The position numbers and the translations under genes were made by a program. A model generated the notes under the pieces. It did not search any database. It was not told the origin of the DNA and worked only from the letters and a program-made list of their open reading frames with translations. 64,000 bases of DNA from Pseudovirgaria hyperparasitica (Eukaryota), in NCBI GenBank assembly GCA_010093815.1, contig ML996577.1. One strand, written 5' to 3'. Positions 12,471 to 24,489 of this stretch are shown in pieces. Each line of letters starts with the position of its first letter. Positions within the stretch are counted from its first letter, which is position 1.

Positions 12471-13997
12471 TCAATAATTCGTGCCCGGTCCGCTCGGATT
12501 ATACTTGTACCCAGGAAACTGGTTAAACAGACCCGCAGACTGACTCCCCAACTCGGGACAGCTCAGCCCGCCCAGCAAATTCGGCTTTACCTTATCCACA
12601 ACAAACCCAAGAATGCGATTCACCCCATTCAGCAACGGATTCGCAAAATTCGGAATCCCTTGCTGCAGCACCGAGTACGAGAAGCAGGCCAGATTATTCC
12701 CGACAAACAGATCCCGTGCGTTGAACACCCCGCCGCTCAGATCTGCGACGTTCAGGCCGGTGAAGGTGTTTGGTTTCCCGGTGTTTCCGCCGAATTTGAG
12801 CGTGTTGGGGTATGCGGCGTAGCCGATGGCGACGTCTTCGAAGACGTCGGCGGCGGTGTAGGGGTTGGTGGAGGGCCGTCGGTACCAGTCTGGTGGCACG
12901 CGCTCCTGGCCGCGCTCCCAGACGAAGTTGCCAGGCGTGCCGCTGACGCCGAAGAAGGTCTTGAAGTTGTAGCCGTCGAGGTAGCCCGAGGGTTCGGCGG
13001 CGCTGTGGTTAGACATGAAGTTGATGACGAAGTTGTACGCCTGTGTGTGCAGCTAGTCAGCGTATTTCTGGCTGTTTAGGGTCTGATATGTTATCAGACC
13101 ATGAGATTTTTCGGGGAGGTAATGCTTACGGCTGGGACAACAACGACGGTGGAGAAGGCGCCGGTGAAGTAGTACGGGTTGGTAGCGATGGATTCGTTCT
13201 GGACTCCTTCGAAGCGCGCGCGGAACTTGTCGAGCGTGTAGCGGTCCTCGGCGCCGCCGAGCGCGTAGACGTGCTCAAACTTGGTGATGTTGAGGGAGTG
13301 CGCGTCGCCGTTGTTGGTGTAGGCGTCATTGCGGCCGATGGAGGCGTCGCCTTCGTATGCGTTGTGGCTGTAGGAGAGGCCCTGGCCTGTGCCGAGCAGG
13401 CCTCCTGCGAGCTCGTCGGCGGGGAGGGGACCGCCGATGGACCATACGCCCTCGAGGATGTTGCCGTCTGTAGCAATCGCATATGCTTCATCGTTGTTAG
13501 TGTGCGAAGGAACAGAGGCGAATGAGAGGTATGGTCACTTACCTGATAGGGCAATGGCCAGCTCTGGGGACATGTTGTATAGCGCGCCCAGCCCGGCCAC
13601 AGTCTCCTCGATGGAGACGATGCCGCTTCGAGGAAGATAGCCATGGTTGGCTGCTGCGTTCAGGCCTGGACAGGGACCGCGGATATCGCCAGGGGCAGGA
13701 GAGGCGTAGGCATGGTCGCCGGTGATGGAGACTAGCTGATCCTTCTCGTCGAAGGTCAGGCAAGGTGTTGGACTGTACAGGAGTCAATGGGGAGGTGTCA
13801 TCAGGTAGTGGACTCTGGGTTCTTCCTTACCCGCAGTTCGTCTGACTCTTGCTGAGTGCAAGAGCGTCTTGTCCTAGGGGATCAGGGACTTGACGCTTGA
13901 TGAACTGACGAGACAATTCGACAGTCTCCGGGTTATCCATGACAGGGAAGGCCGTGATGGCACCAGCGATGGTGGCAGCCAGAGCGAGATGCCTCAT
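12471..13997 (-). CDS. Secreted heme-thiolate peroxidase (chloroperoxidase/peroxygenase family), 440 aa; complement(join(12471..13040,13130..13485,13543..13772,13831..13997))
   Basis: Signal peptide MRHLALAATIAGAITA, KR propeptide site, RGPCPGLNAAANHGYLPRSG (PCP heme ligand), SHNAYEGDASIGRND. Three canonical introns keep the frame. Confidence 0.92.
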
Positions 13998-16900
13998 ATT
14001 GAATGATGTCTGTGCAGTAGAGGAGTTATGGATGGAAGATTCCTGGGTTATGAGAGCCATATTTATATTTTCTACGAGCTTTCCTGTTGCTTCTTTCGTG
14101 GAGGTATTCCAACAAGCCTCGGTCTATCATTCTGTTGCCAGTTCTTACCATTATTGCGAATCGAACTGTGTCTGCATGATTTGTTTTCAAAAGCTTCTGT
14201 TGTTGGAGGAAAGTAAGGCGATAGATCTCTTCAAGCAATGATCGACACATTTGGAATATTTCTTCTCTGTAGATACTAGTGGTAGGCTAAAAAGGTATGA
14301 TCTAGCGAGGAGACGAATGCTGTGGTGGGTATCCTGGTTCGTGAGCGACAAACATGTCGGGATTCGACTGTCAAATCGTCCCGAATAAGGCAAACGCTGG
14401 TGTGGACTGTGGGGTGTGGGAATACATGCGATCGCCTCAAGAGACCAAGGTCAATAATCTAGCAAATGAGAGAAGTTTGATTATCGAATCTGGGCTTAGG
14501 AGAAACAGCCTTGCGACGGGCGGGAGATCGGTCTATGTTGAGCAGCGGATGATCGACATGTGTGTACACGCTAAAATGAACGTGCTCCACGTCCTCTATG
14601 GCGACAGATGACGGTATCGATCTGCGCAAAAAAAGACGATATGCTGACCACAATAAAGCGCTTAATTGGACATTGGTCATTGATGAGAACGGAAGATGGA
14701 CCAACCTTGTGATGATCAGCGAATAAGCAATATATCTGCTTGCCGAGTCAGCCCAGTGGCTTCGAGAATGGTTGCAAAGATGGTAAGATGAAGTTCTGTC
14801 AACCAGATATGAGATGATGCCTAGATCTTTTAGCATACTGCTGGCTACTACGGTGAGCTTGCAGTCTGGAGGCATGTTAAGCAGCAGAATGATGTGAATA
14901 TCCAGTGTCTTCAGTCTTGTTTTGGCGCCTTTGCTCAACCCCACGAACCATTCTAGTAGGCTTTAAGCCGATGATCAGTTCTTTGCTCGATATATGAGGC
15001 TGTTTGAGAGAATTATGCTTTTTTAGGTCTGGAACTCTGGCATGGAGCCATGTCAGTGGCTTGAGACCGTTCGTATCGAAGTTGCAGTGGACAGGAAGCC
15101 GCCATTGAGCTGCAGCCTTTTAGCATATCCTATTTACCGGAGGCTATCGTCACTCATGCATGAATATCCCTCATGATATCAGTCACAACGGATTGTCGAG
15201 TTCCCGGATGGCGTCATGGGCATTATACGTTGCTGTGTGGGTGAGAAGTCCCTCGGTCTTACTCCTTGAGGTGAGGTCCATGAAACCTAATCTATACCGG
15301 CATCATTAGAGTTGTGCGTGTAACTTGTTGGTAGTGAGAAGAGTTTGAGAGTAACCATGCTGATCTCTCATTCTTTAGTACCGGTGTGGCGGTGATTTAG
15401 AGAGATGCTGTACTTCTTGGAGTGGTAATGCAACCGATTGGAATTTTTTACGTCGGCGGACGGACGGCTGTCGCATTTGCCCATTGCTATAGGCAATCGG
15501 CATTACGTTGAGCATAGAAAAATCTCCAAAAGCATGTATGCTTTGAGCGGTGTTCCTCCTTTTTCTAAATTCAGTTCATCTACATGGAATGGATGATATC
15601 AAAAGTAAGAGCAGAGTCCTCAACTTCCGGATTCGAAAGTCTTCTTTCTCGAACTTGGTAATTGAAACTTGAAGTGGGTCAGCATTTTAAATTGTGAGTA
15701 TGAGGTGTTTCTGTTCTCGTCGGGACGCTGTGATCGGGTGCTCAAGTTGTAACATGCTTTTGGCCCTAGCTAACTCGTCACTACGAGAAGTGACTACCAG
15801 GATTAAACGAAGCCTCTTCTCTCGCTCGTCCTATTTTAACATAAGTATAGAACTGTTCATGCATTTGCCATTGTCAGACGGTAAGCAAACTTACATCCTC
15901 CACTTCACATAGGCATGTGCGAACAAGCCCTATCAATGGCTACACTCGCTACAGGATGCTGCATAGAGATGCGATAGGAGAGCATACAGCTTCCGGCTAT
16001 CGAGAGTCCGTATATTAGAAGGTCACAGATGGCCAGATGCTGATTATCAAGAGTCGAGTTCCGAATTCTCAAATGTTACGAAAGTTGGCACGTCGCGCTC
16101 GATACCTCAGTCCTTCGGAGATTTCCTCGACTTTCTGTGTACCACCGGCCTCTCAATCCGTAGCAAGAGATGCTCTAGCACTTAGCCAATTGCACAGAAC
16201 GGTGAGTTCAGAGTCAAAGGTCTCGCAGTCTACTGAGATGGCGTCACAAATGCCAGACTAGAATGTGGGCATCTTACTAGCTTGCTTGAGCTCATCTATC
16301 CTGCATGTATCATCTCCGAACTTACCGCAGCTGACCGATGGACCATGTCGCTGGATATTGTCCATAGTCCTGCATGCAACGACGAGATCGAGAAGCCTTT
16401 GCTATTACAAGTCTTCTAGGCTATTTCTAGAATCATTCGATGCCGCCACAGCAGGGTTGATAGTCACATGTAAACGCTTATAACCTGGTAAACTTGTGAC
16501 TACTGTCGCACTGCGAGCGGAGCAAGACCTCTTTCTCGACACGACCACAGCGGAGAAGGAATGCTTAGTATCGTACCCGTAGGCATATGGCCGTAGTCAG
16601 AAGTCAGCGACCAGGTTCCCCACCATATTCGAGACGTCTATCCTTGCTGTCGATGGCATGGGAAAGACGATGATAGGGGACAGCATAGTTTTGGCCGAAA
16701 GTAAATGTGGATTGAGGAGACTGGACTGCGGAGAGAGAGCAGCTGATGAGGTTGACAAAGGACGGGCTACACCAATCACCGGCGTGAACGCGTCGAAAGA
16801 CTGTCCGTAAGGGGGTGCACGGGCCTACGAGTCCTACCCAGATGCCTGATGCGGTAATATTCTGGAAAACTGCCAGAATACACCTTTCTGCTTTCATCCC

Positions 16901-17101
16901 TCTCTCCAGATTTCTTCCCGTAAGTCTTTTTCGCTTCTTCATCCATCAAACACTTCATTGGACACCCGTCGGCGTTGTCCCTCAATCTTGACGACGTTTC
17001 CGACTCGACGACTTTGTAAATTGCACAGCAGCAAAGCCATAGCCTCCATTCGGCGCCTCTACAGCAATGAACCAACGAGATGTCGTATCGGGTTGAACGA
17101 T

Positions 17102-17224
17102 CCTCCACATCAGCTTCAAAAAGACTCACATTGCATCATTGGCGTAGAGCCAGCTAAGAGATGTGGGTATCCTGGGGTGTCACGCTGCCTCTGGTGGCCT
17201 CCACATTGACTTTCTTCTATATAA
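17102..17224 (+). promoter_or_regulatory. Glucoamylase proximal promoter: three CreA/Mig1-consensus (SYGGRG) sites and a TATA box
   Basis: CTCCAC at 17103 and 17199 (within a repeated CCTCCACAT), CTGGGG at 17172, TATATAA at 17218. Consistent with carbon catabolite repression of an amylolytic gene, but the motifs are short. Confidence 0.4.
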
Positions 17225-17286
17225 TAAGCTCTTGTTGCTCTGAGTACCACGCAGCTTGCTTTGTTGAAATCTATCATAACGCCACT

Positions 17287-19395
<2,109 letters not shown>

Positions 19396-20693
19396 GGATC
19401 GTAATGGCAGGGACGGATTAAACCAATGTCGACCTAGGAACCAACGATCCCTTATGATTTGGTAACTAGAGTATATATCGATCCTGCGGTAGTAGACATA
19501 TTTCACGACAATTCATTCCATTACCTCTTCTTGGGAACTGACCAAGTGAGTAACAAGTGTTGGTGGCTCAAACCATGCCACCTCGATCACACTGGGGAAC
19601 GGCATATCCTGGTATGCATGTTTGCTCCTTTAGTTGTCGATGGTGATCCTTTGCATTAGGCCGTGTCTTGCTTAAATGTTCGATTGCGACCTAAGTGTGA
19701 ACGAGAAGTAACGACAGTCGTTTAAATTGTCCTAAACCGGACTAGCAGCTAGACTGCTCAGTTACCACATTCCTCTAGACTCTCTCTCTCTCTTGTGGTA
19801 CGTCTTGTAACAACGATTATATATTGGATCTACCATCGTATGAATCGCAAAAGCGCGATCACCACAACAAGAAACCCAACAACCTAATGATCTCCTGACA
19901 GTGCCCCTGACCATGTTATGCACATATATTCTAAATAGACAAGCAGGCAGAGCGGACAGTAAGAGTGGAGATTATGTATGTACATATCTATGTATATACA
20001 ACTGCGCGTCTAATCGCACGAGCGAGGACTGCGGCCCCGTACTAGTACTGCGCCATCTTCAATCTATACATGTATGCATGCATGCGAATATCTAACGCCG
20101 AACAAACCATGCCGCAAGGGTCGAGATGCCGCAGCCATATCTCCCGTACCTCTATTATGGCCATACTTATCTTTTAAAATAAAACATACTATCGCCGAAA
20201 CGTTACCTGTCGAGACCCGGAAGACCCCCGGACCTCGCCAAATTTCCCGATGCGGTATAGCTCTCTTCTCCCCACTGCGCGCGGGCCCCCGGTCTTGCCG
20301 GGACTGGGGAGCAGGATGAATCATAGCACACTAGTCCCAAGATAGAGATGATTTACGTCTTGGCGCTATGAATCATTCTGATGGTGCCCCGCTTTGAGAG
20401 ACGCTAGGAGGGGTCTGACGTTCCGGACCAGAGTATCAGAACTTGAGAGCGAAATCGTGGAATGAAAGAGGGCATGGTGGTAGACGTGATTCAGAATGAG
20501 ACTGGATTTGTCGATGTATATAGAAATGTAAGTATATGTAGCATCTGATGATTGTACATATGATGTAGTATATCGACTAGGCAAATATCGGGGCGCTGGA
20601 TGTGTACATATCACGAACATACAACATAACAGGTGTAGTGAGTTGTACATGTATATTGTATATTTTGGTAGTTTTCACGATGCTATAGACCCC

Positions 20694-21183
20694 TTAGCCC
20701 TTGCGACCAATGACCTCTCTAAGTGTCTTGTTCTCGCTGTCTTTGCGCGCAAGTTCCACCTTCAAGTCATCCCGCTCGCGCTGCATGGCGGCCAGCTGCT
20801 CCTCAAGCTCGGTGATGCGGTCGATGCGCTTCTGGCGGTACTTGCGCGCCGCGATATTGTTGCGCTCGCGCTTGACGATGAGATCCGGGGATACCTTGGT
20901 GCTCTTAGCGCGAGTTCCGGATGGGGTTGAGTGGCTGGTGGACACGGATGCTTGCGGGTCGGGCGGTGGTGAAGCCTCTTTGGACGAGGCGGACATTGAC
21001 CAAGAGAGGGCTTGGCTGTTGAAGTTTAACGGGTCCGATACGGGAAGTTGAGGAAGAGAGGCGTCGGAAGCTGACGTGACTGGGTGGAACATGGTGGATT
21101 GGGCTATGGACCGTTAGTGGTAAGTTATATATTGAGACGAAAGGCAACGTACGCATATGCCCCGTCCAGTCAGCTGGTGGCAT
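20694..21183 (-). CDS. bZIP transcription factor, JlbA/IDI-4-like; AUG-based model complement(join(20694..21103,21153..21183)); the true N-terminus may extend toward 21678
   Basis: Basic region KRERNNIAARKYRQKRIDRITELE plus leucine zipper. A 49-nt intron (GTACGT..CTAAC..TAG) joins the two ORF-track frames in phase. Confidence 0.85.
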
Positions 21184-21287
21184 AAACGAATCAAGATTAA
21201 AGTCAAAGAAATTGTTTGATTGCTGAGAAGTAGTGGTAAAGTCGAAAGTGTCGCTCAAGGCAAGATCGTTGTTGACGTTCTCGGGGC

Positions 21288-21598
21288 TTAAGGAAAGGGG
21301 CGAAGTATTGACAGAGCTGTTGGGTGGCGTAAGGAATGAAGATGTAGCAGTAGCAAAGCCCAGACCAATGTCATCAAAAGCACAGCTTTGAAGAGCGTCG
21401 GCTGGAGGAAGAGTAGAGACAAGCGAGGCGGTAAGAGGATTTACAAGGTCGTAAGCTTCGTGTTCGGAGCCTAGTACATTCGATGACTCCCAGGACGAAC
21501 TATGGTGGTTCGGTTCGTGCTCTTGTCTGGTGTGGCTGGAAGTATGGTCGTGCCAGCATGCTGGCTGGGTACTCTCCTGATGTTCGTTGGGTCTCCAT
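21288..21598 (-). promoter_or_regulatory. Three upstream ORFs in the bZIP leader: 21598..21500 (32 aa), 21479..21471 (MY*), 21374..21288 (28 aa)
   Basis: Manual translation of the minus strand. All three are out of frame with the bZIP CDS and lie downstream of a TATA-like TTAAAAAG near 21770. Confidence 0.6.
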
Positions 21599-22309
21599 TC
21601 CGATATGTTAGATGGCCTCTGAGTGAGGCCGGACTGTAAATTCTCGAATTCTAAAGGTGAAATAGATCCGGCCGCGGCCTACGTCTTGGCCGCGAGGGCT
21701 CAAAGGGTTTGAAGGGGGTAAAGGTTGTGGTTGAAGAAAGGGTCAGGACGTGTGGGAGCGGTTGGCTTTTTAAGTGTTGGTAGATCCATCCATGCACGTA
21801 AGCGGCCTGAGGCGTGTCACTGCCTGAATAGCTTGACCAATCAAATGACGTTAGTGTTCGGCGGGGCCAAGAATGCGCCTTTGCTTTCGCTGAATACAAC
21901 CTTATGCTGCGCCTTACCGCGGTTCGCTATCGAAGTGTACCATGAACATAAAGGGGGTTTGGAGTAAAACGATGTCAACACCGAGGAGTTGGGTACGAGA
22001 TGAAGACGTAGTGTGAACAATGTCGCTGTCAAAATGTCTCAAAAGAATTGGCAAGCGACCTCGACCTGGGTCGCTCTTCATTATCAGCTTTCATGTGTGT
22101 AGATTATTCTTGCCCTCGTCGTACGTGAGTTCATGCGTGATATCATTTTTTTACTGTGTTCAAGCATCCTACACTGTCATACTAGCATTCTTCTAGCTTG
22201 CCCGCTCAAACGGAGTCAGACATGACTGTCGTATAGCGCTACTCCATGACAACGATGTCTTTCAGGCCAATTAAATTGTGCCATCAAGCAGTGAGTCCTT
22301 GAGAGCGTC

Positions 22310-22660
22310 TCACGCTACCATAGCCTCCATCTCCTTCGCAGAGACATTTTCTTTCACGCTCTTGACTGCATCCAGAGAGACCTTGTCGTAGCAATGTGGA
22401 AACAATTGTCCTCCTCTGCTCTCTTCCCATCTGATATCGTCAACCTTTGCAAGGTCCACTTCCACAAGTACAGTGCCTGTTGCGTTCTTGAAGTATTTTT
22501 CGAACGTGTCGACAGCTTGCTGTCGGGTAGACATGTGAATATATCCATCTCCTTTATCAAGCGGTGTAGTAGCCGTGGTCAGGGCGCCTAGATCACGGAA
22601 GGAATGCCATTGCTCGGTTGTAAGGAGCTTATAGGCTGTTTGGGGGTGTTCGGACGGCAT
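22310..22660 (-). CDS. DUF952 family protein
   Basis: AYKLLT..W, DKGDGYIHMST..Q and IRWEESRGGQLFPHCY match the family pattern. Intronless, 116 aa. Confidence 0.88.
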   Translation of the reverse strand: MPSEHPQTAYKLLTTEQWHSFRDLGALTTATTPLDKGDGYIHMSTRQQAVDTFEKYFKNATGTVLVEVDLAKVDDIRWEESRGGQLFPHCYDKVSLDAVKSVKENVSAKEMEAMVA

Positions 22661-24489
22661 GATATTGTTCAGTCTGGGGTGAGGTGGACGAAGCGCGTTC
22701 AGAGCCAGAAGAGACAGAAAACTAGAGGAAATGAGTGCCTGAATTTATGCCTGGCCTAATCTAGCGCCATATGCAACATTCTCTTCAGAACTTTGTCAAT
22801 TAATTTTTCCATCATATAGATAGATCCTGTGGAAGCCAGCAGCAAACTACTCGCCTGTGTTGCGATTTTGGCTATCGTGCGTATCGTGATGTGTTGGCAT
22901 CGAAGTCTCTTTCGCCTGAAACTCAACCATCAGGGAGGTAATTTGGCTCTGCGATCTCCATTGTGTGGATATATGATGGTCAGGTACTATGACTTATGGA
23001 TATCAGGAGCCTGTTCCGGCTCTGTGGCTCAGGAATTGCAGCTTATGTGATCGAGGCTTCTAACCTCCGCATTTCAGAGCGCTGTTGCACAGCCAGTGAA
23101 TGGGCCCCCAATCCGGTCGAATGAAATGCCTCTCAAGCATCAGTATATGTGGCCCTTAACATTTGTATCTCATGCCTAATACTTCGCATGATGAAACTAC
23201 ACTTTTTACTAACACGGCCACTACAGTCTCATATGGGCTGCTTCTCTATTAGTTCTTCCCTCTCTTTCACTCCGCCATCCGGATCATTTCAATGTAAAAG
23301 GTGTGATTCTACTTGCACTTTCTGTTCCAGTCCTGTCAATGCCACGCAATGAAGCGATGATTCTGGCAATAGCGCTGGCTAGCCGGAGTAATATATACGA
23401 TGTCTTTTACTACAGTAGTCGCTTTATAAGATTCAATGAGAGCTTCCTAAGCAAGAAAAATCTACAGAATAGACTATATAAATCATCAAGGTCACTCTCT
23501 CTTCTCTCTTCGTTTTCAGATTCGACCCTCTTACTATAAAGTTGAAAACATATCTCAGAGCTTACAAGTTATGAAGATCTAATGATTTCAATCTATTCGA
23601 TATCTCTACGTAGAAATTAAGAGAATGAGAATGTGTGCAGCATGATGCCTAAAATAAGTGCCAAGAGTGACGGCTGTTTCAAAACGGACAGATCCGGATG
23701 CCTGACGCCAATTGATCCATGGATTAACCTGACGCCTCTTCCGATAGATCTCGCCACGACTTCGACGCGTCTCTTTCTAATCAGCTTCATCCCATCAAAA
23801 CGATATCTCTACAACTACTTGTTTTCACTTACTGCGGCACCGGAGGTCCACTAAGCGCTTGCACAAACCCAACCTGAGTTGATTGTCTTTGAAATGTCGT
23901 GTTTCAGCCCTGCTTTACGCCTTATCTTCCAATTTCAGGCGAAGTTATGCCATGGATCATTCAATCTGCGGTTCCTGATTATAATCAACTCGACCCATGA
24001 ATTTAGCCTCATCAAATGCAGTCATGCGGCGTCTTTCAGCGGCTATGTTGGCTCTGCAGTTGAGCGGCCATAACCCGGCATTTCGGCCATGTACCAACTC
24101 CTGCGCCACATGTTTACACGCTCAACGTTTATTTTTGTAATCCTGATCTGGTAAGTATTCGCCGCAAGCAAGCTTGCGCGAGCCCCTGGTCGAGTTCGTG
24201 CTTCAAATGAATACACTCATGTTTAGATTACAACATGATCAGGCTGAGACTTGCTCGAGACATACATTCGAGCTGCATCCGGAATGAAGCAGCGTCTAAA
24301 TTTACCACTATATGGAAGTTAAATAGAACGAGCTATCAAGATGCGATCGCTATCTTCCAAGAGACGCATTCTCCGTTGCGTTGCTCACAAGCTCCTTCTA
24401 TCCTTTCTTTCTCTTGAACGATATCACCTTTTGTCCTCTCTGGATGTGACACGACTCATATTCCACTATATTATCACTTTATTTTCATA

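Noticed and set aside
14060..17100. Scattered 60-160 aa ORFs in the peroxidase/glucoamylase divergent spacer, and a possible AmyR site
   Set aside because: No coherent exon chain could be built, and no CGG-N8-CGG site was found by eye near the glucoamylase start.
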